DNA from: Felis catus | Lineage: Eukaryota | Reading direction: 5' to 3' | DNA: 64,000 bases | Assembly (NCBI RefSeq): GCF_018350175.1 | Contig: NC_058368.1 | Span: 101,868,001 to 101,932,000 of the forward strand | Shown here: one piece after another, positions 48,876 through 62,016 of the stretch | Numbering within the stretch: the stretch's first letter is position 1 | How the letters are laid out: every line of letters starts with the position of its first letter | Program-made: the position numbers and the translations under genes | Notes under the pieces: model-generated | The model's database searches: none | The model's input: the letters and a program-made list of their open reading frames with translations, nothing else | Told to the model about the DNA's origin: nothing

Positions 48876-51800
48876 AAAGTTCCTTTTGGCATAGACAGAA
48901 CAAATAAACTCCATGTGGGCAGGAATCTGTTTCACTATCCCAAGTGCCTCACGTCTGGCACATAGGTATATGGTAAGTATTTGAATAAAATTTTGTTGAG
49001 TTAAAAAAAAATTTCTAAGCATAAATTAAATTGGAGAAAGCCAATTCTTCAAAATTATTTAAGGTTTACTGTCAATGAAGGACGATACTTAAATGCTGCG
49101 TTTGTTGATCTTGTTTCCTTCACTTCCTTAATTTACTGGAAGATATTAGATGTAATCATTTTTTTAACAATAAAAATTAAGCATGTGAATAACTTAGCTC
49201 TTCATGAACGGACCTTTCACTAGTCATTTACCATCTTTACAAAATGTACTACATTGATGTATTGTAGTCAAAGTCGAACGCTATAGGTGAAGAAGACATC
49301 ATAGGTATTAAACAAAATTAGTTTACCTTAATTTGAACGTTACAGGTGCTATGTGATTTCTAAAGAAAATAGAAGTTCCAAATGATACTAGACTGATTTC
49401 TACTAGGGAAGGTGGCTTTATTATTTGGAACAAATGATTAATCTTTCTTTACCAAAGTTACTGTTCTGCTTTCTCAACTAGGCATTTTAATTTCCACGTT
49501 GACAGCCAGTCAGGAAGAATCTATTAGAAATGATCAAAGCATATGCGTGATAGCTAGTTTCTTAAAATGACAAGCAGGACAGTTTTGTGATAGAGAGGAA
49601 TTGATGTGTGCTTTAATCTCCGTATTTTGATGCAGGGCATACCACGCTGCCTTAGCTGAAATGCATTTTGTTCTTAAAGCTTTCACTAAGTGTTTCCTCT
49701 TTAACTACTTTGTCAGGGAGAGAGATGCTCTGGATGGAATCTGTTACTGACGGTGTAATAACTGCTTTCCCACTTAGTGTGCAGAAAACTGGTTTGTCTT
49801 TCTAATATCTGACCCTAAAGTCTCGTTCATAAATTGCGAGAGACATGAAAACAGAAAAAAAGGAAAGAAAAAAAAAATCAGTATCTTCCTTTTGACTGTT
49901 TCCTAGTCATTAAAACAAAGGAAGATAAGAAGAGTAAGAAGAATGAAATAAAAACTAACAGTATTCAGAGTTGTCCACTCCATCTAGTCTAAAAACACTA
50001 GATGATTTTAGATGGCCAGGCCACCTCAGGATTCTGAATCAGGTAGGAATTTTCATATGTCATTTTAGGTACATGAAATGTAACATCTCTTACGATTTCT
50101 AAAATAAATCACAAATCCATCTCCAAGCTCCACTGGCCAAGGTGCATGCAAAGGCTACTGTTTTATGACTTCCGTATCCTTCCTATTGGCACGTTCAGGG
50201 CTAGTGTGTGTCCAGGAAGATTGTGGAGAGGCCTCTGATGGCAGGTCTTGGTGGTTGCCACTGCGATGCTCTTTGTTTAGGCTTATGTGATTCTCATAAA
50301 GGCAAGTGACTCTGCTAGTATCATGGCAAGCGCAGCCACAAGGACTTGGAAACCCAGCTTCCAAGGTCATGACACAGGTTGGTCAGAGAGCTGTGAATGA
50401 GGGCGTGGATCCCCGGCAGTTATACAGGAGCAGATCTACACAACTCCCAGGAACACTCACTTGTCCCTACAGGTCAACCCATAAAAATGCAAAGAATCTA
50501 TGGGCCACAGCCCTGCCTGCATCTCCTGGATGAGAGAAAGCGCCTTGTAATTCTTTGAAAATACGGAGCAGAGAAGAAAAGGCACTGATTGATTTCTTCA
50601 TCGTTAACTCCAGTCCATGTTCACCTCAAGACATTTAACAGAGTTAAAACTCTAGGGAGAAGAAAACCCAGTAGGAATCAAGGGATATCAGAACAGAGAG
50701 GAAAAGGTTAAGAATTACGATGTGAGATCATAGGGTACCTCAGAGAGTCCTACTTCAAGTGAGAAGAGAGGTGCTAAGAGATCAGATCTTGCTGAAACAC
50801 TGTTCCTCTTCTGAGATCCCTTCCCAAAATCAGACAGAAGTTGCCATTTTTTCCAGTTTTCTTTGCTTGGATAACAACAGCAATAGCAACAATTATATTT
50901 AATTGAGAATTTTCTTTGCATTAGACACTATATAAAGCTAAGAGCTTCACAAGCTCTTTTCTCCAAGTAAAAAACACTGCAAGTCAAACTATGGGATCAC
51001 CCGAAGTAGAGAGAAGGCTTCAAGTTTATCATCTCCTCAAGAGCATCAACAAAGAGCTTTCTGTCTTTATCCTCCGTTGACACGTTGGCTTCATCCTAAA
51101 GTCCAACACCCTCATGGTCATGAGAAATCTGCTGCCAGCAATGGAGCATAATTCCTTGTCCACATCCCACCGTACTAGCCACTCGTCTGTACCTTGTTGA
51201 CCTCAAGTATCACAGGTTGTCCATCCATGAAACAATTACCGGTAAGGAACTTGCATGGCAACAAATATCTTAGATGAATTATCAAAAGTGGAATGGCGTT
51301 GGGGAGCCAACCGCAATGGCCCCATTTTACACACGAGGGAAATAAAGAGCTAGAAAGTTAAATGATTTAGCCAAGATCACACGGTTGTCAAAAGCAGATA
51401 TAGGTCTGCCGAGAAACAAAGTGCATGCTCTAAACTTTTGTTTTACAACGCTTGAGCACATTCTGGAGGTTCTCCTAACCCAAATTTAGATGCTTATTTA
51501 TAGGACAAATAAGAGAGATCTACCAAAAATCACCTTGTTTTTTTTAGTATGAGAAAGTAAATAGATAAAACTACTTCTGTGAGAGAACACTGTGATACCG
51601 TATTTGCGGGACTGGGGACCCTTTTGAGTTTTTGTACTTAATACAATGAAAAGCAAGATAGGCATGAAAGGAAGGGTGAATGTTACGATCGAAGCAAAAT
51701 ACAGCAGCCGGTTACCCGCCTTTACTTGAAGTCAAGATTGTTAAAGACCCGTTTCTTTCCTGTGACTGTGGTAACTACTGCTCAACTCATTCTTGTCATG

Positions 51801-52574
51801 TGTATTACACTACCAAGTTTAAAAAAAAAAGAACAAATTATTTCTTTAAGCAAAAGGTTTTCCTTCCTTCCTTCAAAAAAATTCAAAGTGGCCAAATAAA
51901 ATTCATCATTCAAATATAAATCATTTTTAACAGGTCATATAAATGACTGATTGTATTAACTGCTGAATCAATAAAGTAGAATCTCCTTCAGGGCCCTGGG
52001 AATTATATGATGGATCTTTCCTTTTCATCAATAACTCTGAATAGCTCTGGGTTAATAAATACTTCATATTTCTCATCACAGATTATTTGTCAAGTAGTAG
52101 ATCACTTGTAAGGAGCAAGACCAGAGGAACGTCCCAAACCCTGATTTGATTCACTGTCTAGGTGAACTTACAGATAACAACTAAGAGGTCCTTCCCCCAA
52201 ATGATGAGAATAGGACTCACTAAGAGAAAGATAACTATTCTGAATAAATGAAAACCAAAGTCTTCCTTTGTTTCTTCTTTTCTTTCATTCCATCTTCATC
52301 TTATTCATAAAAACACTAAGTTCTTAATGATTTTTATTTTTTTCTGATTTTCTTCTCTGAAGCTCTAAGACAATTAATTTACTACTCTTTTCCACTTTTT
52401 GCCCCATTTTATTCATCCATTCTTTTTGTATGTTGTGGGCAAAGTATCAAAGTTCACATATATCTTTTTTTTTTTTTCAGATAAATAAGTCATACAGACA
52501 AAATAATTCTAAGTAACTTCTGGTAAAATTTTTACCCTGTGATGTTTTAAAACTCACTTTGCCTATTTGACAAA

Positions 52575-52776
52575 GTATTTTTTTTTATTTATTTTGAGAG
52601 AGAGAGCTTGTGCACCCACACACGAGCAGGGGAGGGGCAGAGAGAGAGAATCCCAAGCAGGCTCCATGCGGTCAGTGCAGAGCCTGATGTGGGGCTCGAT
52701 CTCACAACCACAAGATCATGCCCTGAGCTGATATCAAGAATCAGAGGCTCAACTGACTGAACCACCCAGGTGCCCC
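52575..52776 (-). mobile_element. CAN-SINE (older)
   Basis: Antisense SINE; TSD caaagta(t/c)tt. Confidence 0.9.
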
Positions 52777-53129
52777 CAAAGTACTTGTACTTGACCCTCC
52801 AAATAAAACAAAAACATTTTTACGTTGCGATGGTTTCCTTTTGTGTGTATGCATGACCTAAAAAGCTAAAATGACAAAATTAATACCTTCCAGTGATTTT
52901 TAACCGGGCCTGTTTATCAGTGATAAGAAACTCTGAGGTTGATGAAGTAGGGCAAAGGCTAAAACATCTGCCTGAGCATACACATGAGCAATTTATTTTC
53001 TAATAAACCTAAAGACATAAAACAAAAACATTTAATTTAGTTTCAATGACCACCATTTAGAGATGCTCTTCTCCTTTTTTATTTTGGTCATTCTTGTGAC
53101 TAGGAACGGTGGCCCGTGTGCATGTGTAT

Positions 53130-53610
53130 GTTTTGAAGATCTAACTGGCTTTACTATATGATTCAGCTGGACAGCAATCTACCTACCAAGAAGAAGAGAG
53201 CTCCAAAGAGCTCCATTTATACATGGAAGGGTTTTACGAGGAGATTGGGGTAAGAAAGTTATGAGCCAAAGAAAAGGATTATTTTAGGCAAGGTTGATTT
53301 CCTTGGGGGTGGGGCCTGGGGGTAGAGGGTCTTAGAATACGGATCACCTCATCTCCCTTTGCGGGTAGGAGAGGGCCCATGTGGCAGACTCATTGGCGCT
53401 CACCATATAATTCCTGACTGACCACTAAGACTAAAGTTCTAGGTGAGGTTAGAACTGCAATTAGATGAGATATTAAATCCCAGCTGACTGACTGGGGACC
53501 TTAACCTATGTGGTCTGTGGTTTCTTTTTAACAATTGACCCCTTTGCATCAGACTCTCGGGTTAACTGAGAGACGTGATCAAAATTTAAGGTATTGGAGC
53601 CATCTCAGCT
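53130..53610 (-). mobile_element. Probable ERV LTR with adjoining polypurine tract and internal stub
   Basis: On the minus strand 'aaaggggtcaat|TGTTAAAAAGAAACC' has the PPT-then-TG layout of a 3' LTR start; family not assigned and distal boundary uncertain. Confidence 0.5.
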
Positions 53611-53904
53611 ACTGCTCTATAGTTCTAGAAGCCTTTGTTGATCCTTTGTGTGATACTTCATGATGCTTTTAACTGCATTTCCCTGATGACTCATGACATG
53701 GAGGACTTTGTTCATGAGCTTTGTGACCATTCACATATTCTTTTGTCAAGTTGCCTAAGTTCTTCTCTTACGTATTAGTGAGGTGGGGGTATTTGTCTTT
53801 CTATTATTGATTTGTAAGTGCTTGTTAGGTATCCTGGGTATCTTTTTGTACTCAGATAATTTTCCTGCAATAATGTTTTTTCCCAGTCTGTGAACTGCCT
53901 ATGC

Positions 53905-54101
53905 AATTTTTTAAAAGTTTATTTATTTTTGAGAAAGAGTGAGTGAGCATGAGTGGGGAGGGGCAACGAGAGACAGGGGACAGAAGATCTGAAGCAGGCT
54001 GTGCACTGACTACATACAGGCCAATGTGGGGCTCACAAACTGTGAGATCATGACCTGAGCAAAGTCAGATGCTCAACTGACTGAGCCACCCAAGAGTCCC
54101 T
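53905..54101 (-). mobile_element. CAN-SINE (diverged)
   Basis: Antisense SINE ending 'gactgagccacccaagagtccc'. Confidence 0.88.
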
Positions 54102-54194
54102 ACATTTTAAATGGTGTCTTTCAGTGAGCAAATATTCTTAATTTTGAGGAGGCCCAATCTATTAATTTTGTCTTAATGATTAACACTCTACCTT

Positions 54195-56940
54195 TTTTTT
54201 GAAGGTATGAAGTTTATTGTCAAATTGGTTTCCATACAACACCCAGTGCTCATCCCAAAAGGTGCCCTCCTCAATACCCATCACCCACCCTCCCCTCCCT
54301 CCCACCTCCCAACAACCCTCAGTTTGTTCTCAGTTTTTAAGAGTCTCTAATGCTTTGGCTCTCTTCCACTCTAACCTCTTTTTTTTTTCTTCCCCTCCCC
54401 CATGGGTTTCTGTTAAGTTTCTCAGGATCCACATAAGAGTGAAAACATATGGTATCTGTCTTTCTCTGTATGGCTTATTTCACTTAGCATCACACTCTCC
54501 AGTTCCATCCATGTTGCTACAAAGGGCCATATTTCATTCTTTCTCATTGCCACGTAGTACTCCATTGTGTATATAAACCACAATTTCTTTATCCATTCAT
54601 CAGTTGATGGACATTTAGGCTCTTTCCATAGTTTGGCTATTGTTGAGAGTGCTGCTATAAACACTGGGGTACAAGTGCCCCTAGGCATCAGTACTCCTGT
54701 GTCCCTTGGGTAAATTCCTAGCAGTGCTACTGCTGGGTCACAGGGTAGGTCTATTTTTAATTATTTGAAGAACCTCCACACTGTTTTCCAGAGTGGCTGC
54801 ACCAGTTTGCATTCCCACCAACAGTGCAAGAGGGTTCCCGTTTCTCCACATCCTCTCCAGCATCTATAGTCTCCTGATTTGTTCATTTTGGCCACTCTGA
54901 CTGGCATGAGGTGATATCGGAGTGTGGTTTTGATTTGTATTTCCCTGATGAGGAGCAACGTTGAGCATCTTTTCATGTGCCTGTTGGCCATCCGGATGTC
55001 TTCTTTAGAGAAGTGTCTATTCATGTTTTCTGCCCATTTCTTCACTGGATTATTTGTTTTTCGGGTGTGGAGTTTGGTGAGCTCTTTATAGATTTTGGAT
55101 ACTAGCCCTTTGTCCAATATGTCATTTGCAAATATCTTTGCCCATTCCGTTGGTTGCCTTTTAGTTTTGTTGGTTGTTTCCTTTGCTGTGCAGAAGCTTT
55201 TTATCTTCACAAGGTCCCAGTAGTTCATTTTTGCTTTTAATTCCCTTGCCTTTGGGGATGTGTCAAGTAAGAAATTGCTACGGCTGAGGTCAGAGAGGTC
55301 TTTTCCTGCTTTCTCCTCTAGGGTTTGGATGCTTTCCTGTCTCACCTCATTCAGGTTCTTTATCCATTTTGAGTTTACTTTTGTGAATGGTGTGAGAAAG
55401 TGGTCTAGTTTCAATCTTCTGCATGTTGCTGTCCAGTTCTCCCAGCACCATTTGTTAAAGAGACTGTCTTTTTTCCATTGGATATTCTTTCCTGCTTTGT
55501 CAAAGATGAGTTGGCCATACTTTCGTGGGTCTAGTTCTGGGGTTTCTATTCTATTCCATTGGTCTATGTGTCTGTTTTTGTGCCAATACCATGCTTTTTG
55601 ATGATTACAGGTTTGTAGTCGAGGCTAAAGTCTGGGATTGTGATGCCTCCTGCTTTGGTCTTCTTCTTCAAAATTACTTTGGCTATTCGGGGCCTTTTGT
55701 GGGTTCCATATGAATTTTAGGATTGCTTGTTCTAGTTTCGAGAAGAATGCTGGTGCAATTTTGATTGGGATTGCATTGCATGTGTAGATAGCTTTGGGTA
55801 GTACTGACATTTTGCATATATTTATTCTTCCAATTCATGAGCATGGAATGTTTTTCCATTTCTTTATATCTTCTTCACTTTCCTTCATAAACTTTCTATA
55901 GTTTTCAGCATACAGGTCTTTTACATTTTTGGTTAGATTTATTCCTAGGTATTTTATGCTTCTTGGTGCAATTGTGAATGGGATCCGTTTATTTGTCTTT
56001 CTGTTGCTTCATTATTAGTGTACAAGAATGCAACTGATTTCTGTACACTGATTTTGTATCCTGCAACTTCGCTAAATTCATGTATCAGTTCTAGCAGACT
56101 TCTGGTGGAGTCTATCGGATTTTCCATGGATAATATCATGTCATCTGCAAAAAGTGAAAGCTTGACTTCATCTTTGCCAATTTTGATGCCTTTGATTTCC
56201 TTTTGTTGTCTGATTGCTGATGCTAGAACTTCCAACACTATGTTAAACAACAGCGGTGAGAGTGGACATACCTATCGTGTTCCTGATCTCAGGGGAAAAG
56301 CTCCCAGTTTTTCCCTATTGAGGATGATGTTAGCTGTGGGCTTTGCATAAATGGCTTTTATGATCTTTAAGTATGTTCCTTCTATCCCGACTTTCTTGAG
56401 AGCTTTTATTAAGAGAGGTTGCTGAATTTTGTCAAAGGCCTTTTCTTCATCGATTGACAGGATCATATGGTTCTTATCCTTTCTTTTATTAATGTGATGT
56501 ATCACATTGATTGATTTGCGAATGTTGAACCAGCCCTGCATCCCAGGAATGAATCCCACTTGTTCATGGTGAATAATTCTTTTTATATGTTGTTGAATTC
56601 GATTTACTAGTATCTTATTGAGAATTTTTGCACCCATATTCATCAGGGATATTGGCCTGTAGTTCTCTTTTTTTACTGGGTCTCTGTCTGGTTTAGGAAT
56701 CAAAGTAATACTGGCTTCATAGAATGAGTCTGGAAGTTTTCCTTCCCTTTCTATTTTTGGGAATAGCTTGAGAAGGACGGGTATTATCTCTGCTTTAAAC
56801 GTCTGGTAGAACTCCCCTGGGAAGCCATCTGGTCCTGGACTCTTATTTGTTGGGAGATTTTTGATGACTGATTCAATGTCTTCGCTGGTTATGGGTCTGT
56901 TCAAGCTTTCTATTTCCTCCTGATTGAGTTTTGGAAGCGT
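54195..56940 (-). mobile_element. 5'-truncated young felid LINE-1 (about 2.75 kb) with frameshifted ORF2: RT domain, C-terminus and 3'UTR
   Basis: ORFs 56272-56949 ([43 protein letters not shown]), 55954-56250 (LFADDMI), 55625-55810 and 54761-55414 (CCHC knuckle); TSD gattaacactcta(c/t)ctt at 54178-54194 and 56941-56957. Confidence 0.97.
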
Positions 56941-56959
56941 GATTAACACTCTATCTTAA

Positions 56960-57529
56960 GGTAATGACAGTATTTTCCTACTATCTTCTTCAAAGAGTTT
57001 TAGGACTCTTGAGTTTCACCTTTGCATGTAGGACCATCTCAAATGAATGTTCACATATGGAATGAGAATTGGATTGCAGTTCATTTCCAACTGTCCCAGC
57101 AACATCTGTTAAAAATTACTTGGCTATTCCTTTAGGACTGACTTGGTACCTTGATCAAAACTCAATTTGCCATATGTGTATGTGTCTATTTCTGGAATTC
57201 CAGGTCTTTCCCATTGAACTATTATCTAACATAGTGCCAAAGTACATAGTCTCGACTGTCATGGCTTTTTAAAATGTTAAAATCAGGTAGCGTAACTTTC
57301 TGGAATTATTTTTTCAGTGTTATTTTGGCTATTTTAGATACTTTGCATCCCATATAGAACCAGTTTATTAATTTCTTCCAAAAAATTAGTCTGCTGGAAT
57401 TTTGACAATGTTTTGAATGTTTATCAATTTATGGAAAATGAACAATATTGTTTCTACACATCCAAAACATGTAGTATGTTTCCACTGAAGTAAATATTCT
57501 TTTTTTTAATATTTTTTTGAATGTTTAAT

Positions 57530-57589
<60 letters not shown>

Positions 57590-59620
57590 GGGAAAGGACA
57601 GCAAGAGAGGGAGACACAGAACTGGAAGCAGGCTCCAGGCTCTAAGCCATCAGCACAGAGCCTGATGTGGGGCTCAACTCACGACCTGTGAGATCATGAC
57701 CTGAGCTGAAGTCAGACGCTCAAGTGACTGAGCCACCCAGGCACCTCTGAAGTAAATATTCTTTAGTTTCATTCAGCAACGTCTTCTAACTTCATTGAAG
57801 AGCACTTTTCCGTGTTTTGTAAATTTCTATGTATTTGATGCTTTTAATGTTACAATAAATTCAATTTTTACTTCAATGTTATTATCAATTTTATAGAATC
57901 AATATGTATCAATTTATATCAATTATACAGAAATGTAATTGATTATTATATAATGATTTGTATCCTGAGAAATGAGGCCTTCTTAACAACTTGACCTTTC
58001 TGCCGATATAGAATGTCCTTCTTTATCTCTGGTAATTTTCTTTGTCTTTAACCATTAAGGCATTAACTTTTTATATTTAACATTTACATGGTAAATACAT
58101 TCATTCATTCCCTTTCACTTATATCTTTGTTTTCTGTAGGCAGCTCATGGTTGGGTTTTACTTTTTAATCTAGTCTACAAATCTCTTTTAAGTGAAACAT
58201 TTGGTAGATTTATATGTAATAACACTTAATATTGTGCTTTAATTTCCCCAACTAGTATTTGTTTTCTATTTATTCCATTTGTTCTTTACCTCTCTGCAAC
58301 TCTTTTCCTGCCATTTTGGAGGAGAAGTGGATATTACTGAGAATTTTATTTTGCTTCACGTACTGACAGTTCAGCTATACATTTTACGTGTAGTTTTAAT
58401 AGTGGATCTAAATATAATATGCATCTTTAAGTTTTATTTTTCACTCATACAATAGTATACAATTCATAAAGAGTATAAAAATTGTATTCCATGTACCTCT
58501 CACCCCATCACTTTTTCTGCTTTATTTTAATATATGTTAAAAACCTCACAATACATTGTTATTATTTTTGCATTAAACACTTGGTCTTTTAAAGAAAGAA
58601 ATACACACAAGTATAACATAAAAGGATTAAAAAAAAAGGTCTTGAGTTCCATTTATTATTATTTGCTTCAGCCTTAAGAATTTCTTTCTGCATTTCACTG
58701 GTGAAGGTCCCCTAGAGATAAATTATTTCAGCTTTTTCCCGCTTGAAAATACATATGTTGTCTTCCTTTTTTGAAGGATATTTTTGCAAGATACAAAATG
58801 CTGGGTTGACAGGTCTATTGTGTTCATTCAGCTCTTTTAAGAGGTCTTTCCTTTGTCTTATGGCTTCAACTATTTCTGTTGAGAACTTAACCATCCTCTC
58901 TACTGATGTTCAATTACACACGTGTCTTTTTTCCTGTGGCAACTTTTAAGCACTGCTTTTTATTTATTTATTTTTTTAGTAACTGACTGCAATGTGGTTT
59001 TCTTTGTATTTTTTCTGCTTAAATTTGCTAAGTGGTTTGTATCTTTCATCAATTTTACAAAGTTCTTAACTATTATTTCATCAAATAATACTTCCGTCCC
59101 ATTTTCCTCTTCCTCTCCTTGAACGATTTGTTATTTTCCCACAGATCGCAGATGGTCTTTGCTTTTCTTTTTTACTGTTTTATGAATTTAGGTATTCTCT
59201 ATTGACTATTTCCAGTTTATTGGAATCTTCCTCTACTGTGTGTAATCTGGTCTCAAGAGTATCTAATGAATTCTTCCTGATGTTACACTTTTCTTTTCCA
59301 GCATTTCTTTTTAGTTTGATTTTAAAAACAGTTTTTGTATTTCTGCCAGCATCTCCCATTTCTTTGTGGATGTTGTGGACCATTTCTACTATGTCTTTTA
59401 TCATTTTATATCATATATATTTTAAAGCCACTCTCTGATGATTCCAACATTTGTTCCATCTCTGGACCCGTTTCTATTGACTATTTCACCTCTTGACCAT
59501 TGATGCCATTTTCCTACCTTGTTGTGTATCTTGCAACCTTTAAAGATATGCCAGACATTATATACAAGAAAACACAAGAATCTAAAACAAGTCATATTTA
59601 CTTTCAGAAGGTGCAGGCTC
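56960..59620 (-). mobile_element. Ancient L1M fragments, antisense, including an ORF1 remnant (also 53650-54180)
   Basis: ORFs 58712-58894 (FSTEIVEAIRQRKDLLKELNE) and 59180-59404 (KNSLDTLETRLHTVEE coiled coil) resemble L1 ORF1p; decayed ORF2 text at 57.0-57.5 kb. Confidence 0.7.
57503..57746 (-). mobile_element. CAN-SINE with expanded (GA)n tract
   Basis: TSD ctgaagtaaatattcttt on both sides; about 25 GA units at 57533-57582. Confidence 0.95.
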
Positions 59621-61290
59621 CTTTCTTGGTCAGTCTACTGGAGGTGGGCTGGGCAAGCTTTTTGGGTCTGGACTTCACTGCTGCTTTAGTTTGATTCAGT
59701 CCACCAGTGGCTCTAACTATTTTGAGGGTGGGATTACCAATTTCTTATCAACAGGACCTGAGATCTGAGCACTGACAATTTTCCACAGATATGTCTGTGT
59801 CGCACAGCCAAGCCACCAGCTATCAGATCTGTTGTAAGTAACACCCTATTTTACTGCCCAGTTACAAGATGTGGGGGATTCCTCTGTAGAGTCTCTTTCC
59901 TTTCTAGTCTTACCACTGACGGACTTGTGTACCTGAGGAGATATTTTGCAATCCTTCCCCCAACTTCTTCCACTCTTGAGAAAGCAGATGGACTTACACT
60001 TATGATGGGCCTCTGGGACTTAGACTGGTTCTTTTAGCTCTTCAACTTACGGTCAACTTTTGATAAGTAAAGCCTGGATCTCTTGGGCAGAGAGGGCATT
60101 CTTCGAGCTCTCCTGCAAGGCCAACTGTCGAATGTAAAAGTCTAGATTGCCTCATGAGGTTTATTTTATTTGTTTAACTAAAATTTTTAGGCTAATAGGA
60201 TATGCCTCAGAGTCATCATTCAGAGATAACATCACATTAGTACTTCAGAAGATGTCTGTTTTTAAAAATCATGCGATCCATACAATGATGGTTTGACAGT
60301 ACATAAGCCAGCTGACACTAGTTTTATTAGGTGAAGAATTATTAAAATATCATTATTTTAAACACTCTCTATTGCTTAGGAAGTTTTTTGGTCTAGTGGA
60401 ACCCTGCCACAAGGTGATTCCTGATTATATTCTCTGCTTCTTCATCACTTACTAATGAAGCTTGGAAGGGCCATGTGACTTCATTGCTTCAATTTTCTCC
60501 GTCTGTTCATTATCCACTCCCGGAAGAAATGTGAGCATTAACACATCTCTAAAGTATCCTGAAAACTTTCAGAAAGGAACTATGTAAATCTAGGCAGTCG
60601 TTTCCATAAATATTGTCTCCGTTAAACATTATTTTTATAACTAAAAAAATTGTAATAGTCTTTTCAATTGTATAGTATTCATGACCCTGCAGATGAGAAC
60701 AAGCCAATGATTCGTGGATCTAGTGTCTCCATTTCTAAACAAAACACTAATAAAATACAAAACTGGTTCACTTTAATTTTAAACTATAATGGTATCTACA
60801 CAAGGGACCCTGCATACAGCTTTTAAAATCTTGGAAGGAAAAAGAGAGTTTACAGAATCCGGCGAGATGTGATTAGTCCACTCGAAACAATGGTAGTCCA
60901 TGGAATCCCATGTGTGATTTTGCTCCCAGGATAACTCACAGGAAAATGAAAATGAAGTGTGCCTGGTGGTCTTGGTAAGGGCTCTGTTCCCTTTGAGGAC
61001 AAAATTATTAGAGTGTTTGTCACCCAGCACAGCAGCACCCTTGAGAAGGCTTTTTTTTTTTTTGACAATGTTCCACAGAGAAAAATGAGGCTACAGATAG
61101 GCATATCTATTATTGAAGCACCTAAGAATGCTACTTTAGAATCAGGACATAGAAAACACGGTAGAGGGGAAATTAAATTTCTAAAGAGTGTTCATCATTC
61201 CTTCTATCAAAGCCCACATTCTGCAGTGGCTACTTGAACATTCCATGATATGCAGACAGAATAGTAACCCAACCTAAAAATCAGTGCCAT

Positions 61291-61512
61291 GGGGCGCCTG
61301 GGTGGCGCAGTCGGTTAAGCGTCCGACTTCAGCCAGGTCACGATCTCGCGGTCTGTGAGTTCGAGCCCCACGTCGGGCTCTGGGCTGATGGCTCAGAGCC
61401 TGGAGCCTGCTTCTGATTCTGTGTCTCCCTCTCTCTCTGCCCCTCCCCCGTTCATGCTCTGTCTCTCTCTGTCCCAAATATAAAATAAAACATTGAAAAA
61501 AAAAATTTAAAA
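61291..61512 (+). mobile_element. Young felid SINE (SINEC_Fc-like)
   Basis: Complete; TSD aaaaatcagtgcc. Confidence 0.95.
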
Positions 61513-61816
61513 AAAAATCAGTGCCTGTGCCATGTGGTAGTTCACCATAGTGTCTGTCCTCATCTTGGGGGCATTTTACTAATCTTTGTCAATAGAGAGG
61601 CTGCTTTCGAATTTCGCTGCGCAGTAGTTTAAGGAGAAATAAGTCTAGTTTTTAAAGTTCTTAAAATATTCGATTCTCAAACCTACATTTTAATGCTAGA
61701 GGGACCTTAATGTTCTGTTATTTCATAAGAAAAATTATTTACATTCGCCGATAAATATTGCACTAGATCAGAGGTCTCCAAACTGTTACAGTATATACCT
61801 ATTAGGAAAATGGTGT

Positions 61817-62016
61817 TGGGGCGCCTGGGTAGCTCAGTCGGTTAAGCACCGGACTTCAGCTCAGGCCAAGATCTCACAGTTCATGAGTTCAAGCCCCACA
61901 TCAGGCTCTGGGCTGACAACTTGGAGCATGGAGCCTGCCTCGGATTCTGTGTCTCCGCCACTCTCTGCCCCTCTCCCACTCACACTCTCTCTCTCAAAAA
62001 TAAATGAACATCAAAA
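61817..62016 (+). mobile_element. CAN-SINE
   Basis: Head ggggcgcctgggtagctcagtcgg and short tail. Confidence 0.92.

Noticed and set aside
54422..56949. Long ORFs of 217-225 aa as host genes or a novel reverse-transcriptase system
   Set aside because: They are standard LINE-1 ORF2p fragments inside a TSD-flanked truncated L1.
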